The notes under the pieces: model-generated | What the model saw: only the letters and a program-made list of their open reading frames with translations | Database searches by the model: none | Told to the model about the DNA's origin: nothing | Source of the DNA: Candidatus Rokubacteria bacterium RIFCSPLOWO2_02_FULL_73_56 | GTDB lineage: Bacteria > Methylomirabilota > Methylomirabilia > Rokubacteriales > CSP1-6 | Assembly (NCBI GenBank): GCA_001788495.1 | Contig: MGCF01000114.1 | Coordinates: 1,074-65,073 of the forward strand | Direction of reading: 5' to 3' | Length of the DNA: 64,000 bases | Made by a program: the position numbers and the translations under genes | In this document: positions 11,001-23,000 of the stretch, one piece after another | Numbering within the stretch: position 1 is the first letter of the stretch | Layout of the letters: each line of letters starts with the position of its first letter

Positions 11001-14000
11001 CGAAGACCGTCTGGACCTCGGCCACCGTCGGCATGTCGAGGCCGGTCAGCGTGCTGGCGGTCAGGTCGAGCGTGGTGTCGTCGACCGCGTCGCCCGAGTC
11101 GTCGACCACCAGCGTGTCCTCGCCGGCGCCCATGTCCACGGTGAGCAACCCGGTGATCTGGTCCACGTTCTGCTCGTCGTTCGCCACGGTGACCGTGTCG
11201 TCGCCGGCGCCCGTCTCGATGGTGGCGTGGCCCACGATCGTCTCGACGGCGATCGTGTCGTTGCCGGCGCCGCCCCTCACGGTCGTGGAGCCCGCGTGGG
11301 TCGTCTCGACCGTGAAGTGGTCGTTGCCGCGGCCCAACCCGACGCTCACGACCTCGAGGTTCGAGTACGTGATGCCGCCCGGCACGAGGCGGCCGGCCAC
11401 CACCGTGGTGCCGCCCATGCCGAGGCCGGTGATCCGGCTGTCCGTCAGCACGCCGACGTCGTCGGCCGGGCTGTTGGTGTTGTCGACGTACAGCGCGTCG
11501 ACCTGGTCGTCCTCGATCACGCGGAAGTTCAGGTTGAACGGCGCGACGAAGTACAGGTCCTCCGCCACCGGCTGCGTCCCGGTCGGCCAGCCGGTCCGGA
11601 GCGTGACCCGCGTACCGGAGACCAGCGGCGCGTAGGCGGAGTCGATGCCCTCCTCGAAGAAGCCGGTGACGTCCGCGACCGTGTCGCCCGCCTGCACCGG
11701 GTAGGTGACCGCCGGCGCGCCGCCCAGCGCGATGCTCCACGTCCCGGTGCCGGCGCTCAGGATCCGGAACGCCGCCTGGGTCCAGGTCGTGAGCCCGACG
11801 TCCGCCAGCTCGAGGGTGCCGCCCAGGGTGGCCCCGCCCTCGACCGTCTCGCCGGGCGCGGCCAGCACGCTGAAGGTGGCGTTGAACCTGGTGCCGTCCG
11901 TCTTCGTGAGGATCAGGCGGCTGTCGCCCAGGATGCCCACGCGGACCTCGACGTCGAGCGCCGGCGTCTGGGTCCGGATGGCGTCGGCCAGGCGCTCGGC
12001 GATGCTCGACAGGACGGCCTCGCCGGCGCCGATCGGCACCGAGTAGGTCGTGCTCGGGCCACCCGACGCCGTGCCGTCGAGGTCCACGGTCAGCCGCCAC
12101 GTCTCGCCCACCCTGGCGACGCCGTCGAGGGTGACCACCATCCGCGTCCAGTCGAGGCCGCCGAGGCCCGTCTGGACCGGGGTGCCGATGAACTCCGCGC
12201 TGCCGCCCGCCGCCACCTGGAAGGCCACGCTGAACGCCGTGGCCTTCGCCACCGACAGGATGTCGGCGGAGACGGACGCCACGTCGAGCGTCAGCACGCT
12301 CTCGAGGTGGTTCACGGTCAGGAACGTCGCGATGAACGCGAAGTCGTTCATGCGCGGGTCGAAGCCCGGCCGCTCGCCCGTGCGGGCGTTGACGTGCATG
12401 GCGCTCGCGTCCGTGAGGAAGGCGAGGCCGTCGGTGGCGGTCCCGGTGCCGGTCACCTCGCCCTGCGGCAGCGGCAGGTTCTTCTCGCCCGGCAGCAGCA
12501 GCGGGTTGCCGAGGAACCGCTCCTCGCCCACCCGGATGCCGCCGTCGATGACCAGCGGCCCGCGGATCCCGTTCACCCGGCCCTCGAGCGCCGGGAACAC
12601 GAGGGCGTCGCTGCCGTCCACGAAGTCGTCGTCGAGCGCGCGCACGATGACCGTCTGGGCCTGGTTCCAGTCGGTCGTGGTGAACACGAGCTGCGGGGTG
12701 ACGACGGCGCTGCCCAGGCTCTGCGGCAGGACGTTGAGCGTCGCCGTGAAGTCGCCGCCGTGCGCGCGCTCCAGGCTGAGGACGCGGCCGCTGACCGCGA
12801 CGTCCCACGCGCCGGTCGGCAGCTGCTCGCCGAGCTTGCGCGCGACCGTGGCCAGGCTGTCGCCGAACCCGGTCGTGTAGCTGACCGTCGTCACGCCGAC
12901 GCCCGGCACGGTCAGGGTCAGCGTCCAGCGCTCGCCCTGGGCCGTGTGGCCGCCCAGCTCGACGTCCACGGCGCTGAAGAGGCCGGCCACCGTGCCCGGC
13001 GTCCCGGTGACGGTCGCCGTGCCGCGACTGTCGGCCACCGTCGGCGTGATCGACAGGGTCACGGTGAAGTCGACGAGCGCGGTCACCGTGAAGGCCGTCG
13101 AGTCGCCCGCGACCAGGCTCGCCGAGAACGAGAAGTTCAACGGGAAGCCCACGTAGACGAAGCCGTTGACCTGGCTGCGCAGGTCCGCGGCGATCGTCGC
13201 CAGCGTGTCGCCGGCCACGACCGTGTGCGTGACAACCCGCGGCGAGCCGATGGCCGGGGTAAACGTCAGGCGCCACTGCTCGCCCACGGCCGGCAGGCCC
13301 TCGAGGTCGACCGTCTTCACGTTCGACGAGCCGGTCACGGCGGCGGTGCCGCCGAGCGCGGGCAGCGCGATCGAGAAGGCCGAGAAGAAGGCGTCGGGCG
13401 CCGTCACGACGAGGGCGGTCGGGTCGGCCGGGTCGAGGACCGCCGTGAACCGCCGCCCGCCGACCCCGTAGATCCCCGCGGCGGAGTTGATCGCGTTCCG
13501 GAGGCTCAGGGCGATCGTCGCCAGCGTGTCGCCCGGCTGCACCGTGTACGAGAACCCCGGCAGCGCGTTCGACGAGCCGTCGGCCTGCGGCGTGTTCAGC
13601 GTGACCTTCCAGACCTCGCCCGGCGTCGGCGTGCCCTCGAGGTTGACGTACACGCGGGTGGTGGCCGTCTTGACCTGGACCTCGTTGTTCTCGCCGAAGT
13701 TGGCGTTCGGGTCGAAGGCGAGGTCCGCGTTGTAGGTCCGCGTCGCCTGCGGCGCCACGTCCACGATCACGGTGGCGTCGGGCTGGCCCGTGAGGACCAC
13801 CGTGTAGCTGGCGTCCACCGGCTGGTAGGCCGGGAAGTCCGACATGGGCTGGTAGATCTCGAACCGGCTCGTCGAGTCCGGCGTGACCGCCCACGTCGTG
13901 CTGAGGGTGTAGATGCGCTCCTCGGCGTCGTAGGCGGTGATGGTGGCTTCCTGGCCCTTGCCCGTGCCCTCCACGATCTGGATCTTCTTCCCGGCCAGCG

Positions 14001-17000
14001 TGATGGCGTCCGGGTTCGTCTGGTGCAGCTGGAGCGACACGATGAGGTCGTAGGACTGGCCGGGCATCACCCCGCCCTGCCCGTCCGCGAAGTACGTGTT
14101 CGGACGGCCGAGGTAGCGGGTGAAGCTCGCGTAGTCCACGAGGGAGCCGACGCGCAGCTTGTACACGCCGGCGGTGTTGAACGTGTGCTGCAGCAGCGGG
14201 TCCAGCGTCGTGGCGCTGCCCGCGTCGAGGGCGTGCGAGCCGGCCGAGGTACTGCTCGCCAGCACCGAGCCGTTCGGCGCGATCAGCTCGAGGGTTAGCC
14301 GCGCCGTGAAGTCCAGCAGGTCCGTCACCGAGAAGAAGAAGAAGCCGAAGAAGAAGAACGGCACCGGCACCTGGACCGCGCCCTGGATGAGGTTCGCGCG
14401 GTCGATGTCGAACACGCCCTTCACCACGCCGCCGCCGCGCGTGGCGCTGATCCTGAACGGATCGTCGCCGGCCACGGTGACGCCGGCCGCCTTCGCCTTG
14501 TCGATGATGCGGACCTGGCCGGCCGCGAAGTCGCCCGTCTGCAGCTCGGCGCGGAACGGCGCCGCCGCGTCGGCGTTGATCGCGTTGGCCAGCCCCTGGG
14601 CGACCGTGCCGAGCTGGCGCACCGTCGCGTTGCCGAAGGGCGCCAGGAAGCTGTAGGTCCGGCCGTCGATCGTGATCGCCCACGTCTGGCCTTCCTCGTA
14701 CGGGCTGCTCAGCCGCACGACGCCGAGGAGGTAGAAGTCGTCGGCGCTCGCCGTCGAGGCGGTCGTGGTGAAGGCCACCGGCCGGAGCTGGGTCGCCGGC
14801 CCGATCGCGACGGGGGCACCCGTCGCCGACTCCACCACCAGCGCCCCGCCGTCGTTCGACAGCGTGTGCCCGGTCGCGATGAGCGCCGGGAGCGCGAGGA
14901 AGAGGTCCACGATCTGGCTCGTGGTCTGGCCCGCGGACGGCAGCACCGTGTAGTCGACGCCCGCCACCCGCAGCGTCCACGTGTCGCCCTCCTGGGCCAG
15001 CGCCGGGCCGGCGGGGTTGAGGGCCACGCTCTGCGTCCACGCGAGCGGCACCGTGCCGCTGACCGTCGCGGCGGCCGCCGCCGGGTCGCGCGCGATGGCC
15101 ACGTCGAGGGCGAAGGCGGCGCCGCCGGCGACCTTCGAGACGTAGACCGTCGCGCCGGCCGCGAAGGCCGTGTAGCCCGCGAGGCCGTTGGCCTGGCCCG
15201 CGAAGGCGGTGGCCACGGCGTCGGCGACCGCGGCCGGGGTGGCGACCGTGAAGCCCGGCGTCAGCGCGGAGCCGGCCACGCTGAGCGTCCACATGTCGCC
15301 GGCGTTCACGGGGCCGGTCAGGTCGACGCGCAGCGTGGTGGCCGTGCCGACCGACGCGCTGCCGCTCGGCGTGATGGACCGCGCGACCGTGAACGTGCCG
15401 CCGGCGGCGCGGGTCACCGTGAGCGTGTCGCCCGTCCGTAGGATAACGAAGGTGGCGCCGGCCGCGAGGTCGCCCTGGAGGTCCGCCACCACGGCGCCGA
15501 TGGTCGGCGTCGGGCTCGACGGGATCGTGAACGTGCCGTTGACGGGCGTGCCGGACGGCGTCGGCGTCAGCGTGACGTTCCAGACGTCGTCCGCGGTCGG
15601 CGTGCCGGAGAAAGCCAGGGAGGCCGCCGGCTGCTCCGCGCCGACCGTCTGGCTGCCCAGGCCGGCGCCGTCCACCGTCACGCTCAGCGCGACGCCGAAG
15701 TCGTCCGTGGACGCCGTCCGGGTCACGATGATCTGGGCGCCGCGCGCCTCGGCGTCGAAGTCGGCGGCGGCGTCGATGTCGGCGGCCAGGTCGGCCGCCA
15801 CCTCGTCCGGCGTGTCGCCCGGCGCGACCGGGTACGTCGCCACCACGAGCTCGCCGCCGTCCGTCAGCCCCAGCCGCCACGTGTCACCGGCGTCGATCAG
15901 GCTCGGCAGCGTGAACGTCTCCACGCGCACGACGGTCGGCGCGGGCGTCAGCGTCGGCGTCACCGTGTCGGGCTCGGCCGGGCTGGTGATGGACGGCACG
16001 GCCGCCGTGAAGCCGCCGGAGAGCCGGCTGAGCGTCAGAGTGGCGCCGCTCGCGGTCGCGAAGAAGTCCGTGAAGGCGTTGATGGCGTCCCGGAAGCTCC
16101 CGGCGATGGCGTCGATCGTGGGCGAGCCGCTGATCGGCACCTGCGCCGTGTGCAGGGTGGACGCGCCGTCCATGAGCGCGATGGCCCACGTGTCGCCGTC
16201 CACCACGGTGCCGGCCAGCAGGTAGGTCAGCGTGGTGGCCTCGGTCTGGGCCGCCGGCTGCCGGTCGATCGTCAGCGACGCCGTGAACGTGTGCGCGGTC
16301 ACGGCGATGATCGTGATCGCGTTGCCGGAGGCGACCGCGGTGAACGCGCTCGAGGCGTCCACCTGGCCCGCCAGGTCGGTCGCCACGGTGCTCGCGCTGT
16401 CCTCGGTGCTGTCGTACGGATCGCCGGCCACCGTGAGGCGGAACACGTCGGCCGCGTCGACTGCCCCGATCGTGATCACGCGGGCCACCGTCAGGGCGTC
16501 CGTGGCGATCGACGCCACCGGGTCCACCGACAGGGTGACGTCGAAGTCGTCGCCGGAAAGGCGCGTGACGACGACCGTGGCGCCCTCGGCGACGGCGCGG
16601 AAGCCGCTGACCGCGTCGAGCAGGCCGGCCAGCGTCGAGGCCACCGCACTCGGGGTCGCCCCGGAAGCGGTCCTGGTCGCGAGCACGGTGGTGCTCGGAG
16701 CCGGCTCGCCGAGCGTGACGCTCCAGACGTCCGCCGCCTGGAAGCTCGTCGCGATCGTGATCGTGTGGCTCACGACCGACGGCGCGGTCTCCGCCGTGAA
16801 GGCGCCCGACACCGCCACCGAGACGCTCACCGTGAAGCCGGCCGCCTTGCTCACGGTCACCACGGCGCCGCTCGGCGTCACGGTGTAGCCGCCACCGTTC
16901 AGCGCTCCCGCCAGCAGGCCTGCGAGCGTCGCGCCCGAGGTGCTCGGCGCCGTCTGCGTGGTCGTGCGCGTGGGCGGCGTCGCGTCGTCGAGGTCGGTGA

Positions 17001-20000
17001 GCGTCACCGTCCAGTCTTCGCCCGGCCGCACCGCGCCCGGCAGCGTGATCTGGGCGGTCGTGAAGGCGATGGCCGGGACGTCGCCCTGCGACAGCGGCGT
17101 GCCGCCGATGGTCGCCGTGCCCTGCGGGGCGGCGCCGGCAACCGTGAAGGACAGCGTGAACCCGGCCGCGCGCGTGATCGTCAGCGTGTCGCCGAGGCTC
17201 GAGCCCGTGCCGGCGCCGAGCGCGGTGTTCAGCGAGCCGGCCAGCGCGGCGGCGATGCTGGTCAGGGTGTCGCCCACCAGCACCGTCCGGGCGGCCGTGG
17301 TGGCGCCGCCGTCCAGCGTGACCGACCACACCTCGCCGGCGGCCGGCGCGCCCGCCAGCCCCACGTTGGCCGTGCCGAAGGTGATCGGGGTCGTGCCGTC
17401 CGCCGCGAGCGCCTGCGTCGACCGGGTCACCGTGGCGGTCTTCCGGGCCTCCTGGGCGACGCCGTTGACGGTCAGGCCGTGCAGGTTGAAGCCGTTCGGG
17501 TCGGTGATCGTCAACGCGCCGTTGGCCGCGACGGTCACCGTGTACCGCGCCGGCAGCAGGTTCCTGAGACCCGTGCTGACGTCGTCCAGCGAATTGTCGC
17601 CCGGCTGCACCGTGTAGGCGTAGTCCCGGTACCGGAGGCCGAGCGTCCACGTGTCGCCGGCGGCGACACGGCCGTTCGGCAGCAGCGTCACGCTGGTGAA
17701 GAACGGCCCGTTCGGGTCCACCACCGTGCCGGCCGTGGCCGCCGGCGACTGGGCGAACGCCGACGGGTTCAGCATGGCCGCGGTGATCTCGAACGAGTAG
17801 AGGTCGAAGCTGCCGTCGCCCGAGCCCTGGATCCGCGCGAACGGCGTCGAGAAGGTGATGTTCGAGCCGTTGCCGACCTCGGGGTCGAAGAACGTGAAGA
17901 AGTTGTCGCGGTCGTCGATGTCCTGCGCCGCCCCGCCCGCCTGGAGGCTCTCGTTCTCCAGCACCGCCGACGGCGCGAACACGAAGTCGGCCGTCTCGTG
18001 CTGCTCGATCGACACCTGCAGCGTGTAGTCCACGCCGACGGGCAGGCCGGAGGTGAACAGCCAGCTCGTGACCTCGAGGTAGTACCGGCCCGCCTGGGTG
18101 AACGTGAAGGCCAGGAAGTCGTCGAGCCACGTCGTGCTGCCGCCCGCGCCGGCCGTGAGCGGGTCGGAGAAGCCCCGGCCCTGCGCGATGCGGTCGCCGT
18201 TGGCGTTGTAGAGCCTGAGCAGGCTGAGCCACAGGATGCGGTCGCCGAACTCGAACCCGTGGTCGATGTCGAAGCTCGCCTGCACGCCGTTCGACCCGGC
18301 GTCGGCCAGCATCTCCGCCGTGATCTCGAACGAGTAGAAGTCCGGGTCGCCGTTGCCGGTGCCGAGCACGGTCAGGTGCGGCTCGAGCGCGGGGTCGCCG
18401 GTCACGCTGGCGATGTCCGGGTGCGCGTTGCGGCTCCAGTCGCCCAGCCCGAGGTCCTGCGCGGTGAAGGTCGAGTTGTGGAACTGGACCTCGTTGAGCA
18501 CGGCCGTCCCGAAGTCGCCGATGAACTGGTTCGACGCCAGGCTGCCGCCCACCTGCGTGACGTAGCCGTCGCCCAGGAGCACGAACTGGGTGGGCTCGAC
18601 GACAGTCGTCCCGCCGTGCGTCTCGCGGACGAGGACGGTCGGCGCGTCGTCGTCGGTGAGCCGGACGTCCACGGGGCCGGGCTGCGTGACCTCGCCGTTG
18701 GCCCCCGCCGTGTAGACGTAGGTCGCCACGTCGCCGCTCCGGGCGTCCGCGAGCCCCAGCGTCCAGGCGTCGCCGGCCCCGATCACGCCGCTGCCGGCCA
18801 GCGTGATCTGGACCTCGGTGTAGAACGCGGCGCTCGTGGGCGCGAGGGCGGTGCCCGAGCCGCCGGTGAACGACGCCGTGAACGCGCTGCCGTCGTCGGC
18901 CGTCACGTGCAGGACGTTGCCGCTCAGCGTGGCCTCGAACGGCTGGCCGGACGCGTTGACCAGGCCTGCCAGCGTGGCGGCGACGGCGGCGGGAGCGGCG
19001 AGGAACCCGCCGACCGTGCTGTAGATCGACCCGTTGAGGTTCAGGGAGAACAGGGTGCCGCCGAGCGACAGCGAGTCGCCGACGACGGCGTCCACCGACG
19101 TGTAGCGCGCCGTGCCGACATTGGTGAACGTCGCCGTCCCGAAGGTCGTCGCCAGCGAGTCCACGCCGAACGGCGCGTCCGTGTTGGTGAGGGTCAGGAC
19201 GTTGCCCGCCACGCCGGCCGTGTAGGCGGCCGTGAGGTCGCCGGCGACCTGGGCGCCGAGGCCGCGCGCCGCGTCGGCGAGCGTGATCCCGAGGAACTCG
19301 TCGGTCTCCGACGTGATGGCGTGGGCCACGCGCGAGAAGTGGATCCCTTCCCTCTTCGCGTCGTCGACGGCCTGGATCTCGACGACCTTCAGCGTGTTCC
19401 AGTTCCCCGGCGTGAAGGTCAGGACCTGGCTGGCCGCCCACGTGCTGGTGCCGAACTCGCGCACCAGGACCTCGCCGTCGGCCGAGACGGCGACGGTGAC
19501 CGTGCCCACCGGCGCCTTGCTCAGGACCACCGCGTAGGCGTCCGTGGCCGGCAGCGAGCCCGACGGGTTCTCGGAGACCAGGGTGTCGTCGTCGGCGCGC
19601 TGGCTCGTCTCGTCGAACGGCACCACCACGACCTCGGCGGCGTCGTCGTCGATCACCTGCACGGGCAGGCTCGCCAGCGCCAGGCCGTCGTACGGGTCGC
19701 CGTCGTCGGCGTTGGCGCCCTCCACCACCGTGTGCAGGATCGTGATGCCCCGGTGGCCCTCGGCCAGCCCGTCGTCGATGGCCGTCACCGTCACGTGCTG
19801 CGGGATGAACCAGTTGTTCTTGTCGAACAGCAGGGTCACGCCCGCCTCGTTGCCGTTGAGCGCGATGCCGGCGCCGCCCGCCTTCTTCTCGCGCTCACGG
19901 CCCGCGGACGGGGCGGCCGTGATGCGGACGTTCTCCAGCGGGGCCCGCGTGAGCACGATGTCGTAGCTGGCCACCACCAGCTCGTCCGGGGCGGCCGGGT

Positions 20001-23000
20001 TCTCGAACACGCGCAGCGGCCCGCCGCTGAGGCTGAGCAGGACGCCGGCCGTGTCGTTGTCGGCCACCTTGACCGAGAGGTCCGGCACGAACACCGCGTC
20101 GTAGTCCACGTCGGGGCTCGACGCGGTGTGCTCGACGAGGGCGCTGTGGCCGTCGAGGCTCTTGCTCACGACCACCACCGGCTCGCCGTCGTTGCCGCCG
20201 CCCACGCTGAAGGTGTCGCTGCCGCGGCCGCCCTGGATCTCGAGGATCGCGTTCGCGGGCGTGCTCACGATGAAGAACCGGTCGTTGCCCTCGAGCGCGT
20301 CCACCACGATCTTCTCGATGCCGGCGTAGGTGATGGCCAGGCCGGCGCCGAACACGCCCTGGTCGGTGATCACGAAGTCGTCGCCGAACTCCGTGCCGAC
20401 CACGACCAGGGTGTCCAGGCCCTCGCCGCCCTCGATGCGGACCGGCGCGTTGACCGTGTACGAGATGAAGTCCGCGCCCTGGCCGCCGTTGATGGTGGTG
20501 AACGGCGCCAGCGGATCGTCCGGGTTGACGCGCACGAAGGCGCGCACGCGGAAGGTGTCGTCGTCCTCCTCGCCGAAGAGGGCGATCGACGCCGTGTTGT
20601 GGTAGACGGTGAAGCTGTCCTTGCCGAAGCCGCCGAAGAAGATGCCCGGCTTGCTCACGCCGTTCGAGAGGTAGCCCAGCGTCACCCGCGTCGTCTCGAA
20701 GAAGTCGAGGTCGGCGAGGCCGTTGTGCGGGTTCGAGCCGTCGCGCGGCGAGGCGAAGACCTGGCCGATCTGGAAGGTGTCGTCCCCGGCGTCGCCGAAG
20801 ATCGTCGTCGGGGCCAGCGTGTCGTCCAGGATGAAGACGTCGGCGCCCTCGCGGCCGTAGATCGTGAGCGTGCTGTTGATGTCGCCGTCGTAGTTGACGC
20901 GCTCGAAGAAGCCGCCCGCCACGGGCTCGAGGTTCGCGTCCACCTGGAAGGCGGCGACCACGCCGATCCGCGGCGTGACCGTGGGCAGGTTGGCGCGGAG
21001 CAGGAAGAAGTCCGGCCCGTCGGTGCCGTAGACGATGAGCCGGTTGACGCCCAGGTCGTCCGCCGGCGACTCGTCGATGACGTTGATGAGCGCCTTGCCG
21101 GTCGCCGCCAGCCCGATCTCGTAGAGGTCGCTGCCCGCGCGCCCGTGCAGGGTCAGCGGGTGCAGCTCGTCGCGCAGGCCGCTCTGGAAGGTCTGCTGGC
21201 CGTTCTCGTCGTAGTTCACCCGGATCGTGTCGTCGTCCTGGACGCCGTCGCCCGGCCCGCTCTCGGGGTCGAACAGGCCGCCGCCGACCACCGTGGTGCC
21301 GCCGAGCGAGCGGATGTTGAGGACGTCGTCGCCGCCGCCCAGGTCGAGCTCCAGCACGCTGTCCAGCGGCGTGGAGTGTACGAAGAAGGCGTCCACGCCC
21401 TGGCTCAGCCAGACGTCGAGGTTCTCGAAGCCCGTGGAGGCGATGCCGGCGGTCATCCCGGCCGGCGCCGTCATGCCGAGGCCGGTCAGCGAGGCCGCGT
21501 CCAGACGGCCGGTGTTGGGGCCCGCGTCGCCGCTGTCGTAGGCGCGCAGCGTGTCGGCGCCGTCGGCGGCGGCGAGCGTCAGCGGCGCGCTGATGCCGTT
21601 CAGCGTGCTCGTGCCCGTGGGATCGATCAGGTCCGTGCGGCTGCCCACGCGCACGGTGTCGGCGCCCGGGCCCGTGAAGATCGTCGTCGGGCCCGCGATC
21701 GTCATCACGTTGATCGTGTCGGCGCCCATCTGGCTGTCCACGCTGGTCGGGCCCGTGATCGTGGACTGGATGGTCAGCGTGTTGTTGCCCTGGCCCAGGT
21801 GGACGTCGATCTGTTCGAAGGCGAGGTAGCTCATCGAGCCGCCGGCGCCGAAGATGCCGGTGACGAGCGAGCCGGACAGCGTGCCGGTGTTGGTGCCGGT
21901 GTCCTGCGTGTCGTCCACGGTGACGGTCTCGGCGCCGGTCGTCGAGTCCAGGGCGAGCAGCGCGCCGATGCCGTTGGCGTGGCCGAGGACGTTCAGGAAC
22001 TTCAGGCCGTCGGCGTCCGCCTGCACCGCGGGCAGCTCGGTCGTGAGCCACGCGCCCGCCTGGCTGCCCACCGCGAAGCGGTCGGTGCCGCCCTGGCCCA
22101 GGATCGCCGTCGTGCCGCTGATGGCGCGGACGGCGATGCGGTCGTCGCCCCCGCCCGCGTTGATGGTCGTGCCGCCCGTGTGCGTCGTCACCACCGTGAT
22201 CGTGTCGGCGCCGGCGCCCAGGCCGAGGGTCAGGCTCTCGAGGCCCGCGTAGAGGACGTCGCCCGGCATGCCGGTCGGCACCGCGAAGAAGGTCACGACC
22301 ACGTCCGCGTCGGCGTCCGGCCGGACCGACGGCGTCAGCCGGAGGCGGTCGCCGGTCAGCGTGTACTGGCCGGCCGGCAGCTCCAGGCCGTCGATCGTCA
22401 CCTTGACCACCGTGAACGGCGTCACCGGCAGGTCGAACTCCGCGTAATCGGCGTCGCCGAACACGAAGCTCTCGGCGCTCGGCTCGGCGCCGGCCTCCGC
22501 GCCCACGGGCAGGTAGGTCACGACCACGTCGGCGGTCTCCGAGGGCCGGACGGTCGGCCGCAGCGTGATCTGCGTGCCGCTCACCTGGAACTCGCCGGCC
22601 GCCAGCTCGAAGCCGCCGACCGTCACGCTCGGCGTGCCCTGGGGCTCGGCGACCAGGATGAAGGTCGCCGCGTAGCCGGCGCCGAAGACGAAGGCCGCGG
22701 CGTCCGGCGCCTCGCCCTGCACGCGGAGCCGCTGCAGCGTGAGGGCGTGCTCCACCGGGTCGGCCGTCGAGTGGAAGACCGGCTCGCCGCCGCGGTGCAG
22801 GCGCGCCTCGTTCCCCAGGTAGACCTTGGGGTCGCCGGCCGCGTACAGCGCCGGCACCCACTCGCCGGAGCCGGGCGAGGTCTCGACGAGGACGATCTCG
22901 CCGCGCGCGTGGTTCTTCACCTCGAGCCGGTAGACGAAGGTCACGCGCGTGTCCACGAGCGGCTTCGTCGTCGGCGTCACGCTGACGACAGGACGGTTCG

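Noticed and set aside
12646-17686. Annotating bona fide LysM domains
   Set aside because: Only the YTVxxGDTLxxIA helix resembles LysM. The repeat is ~100 aa rather than ~44 aa and the rest of the LysM consensus is not evident, so I report it as LysM-like only.
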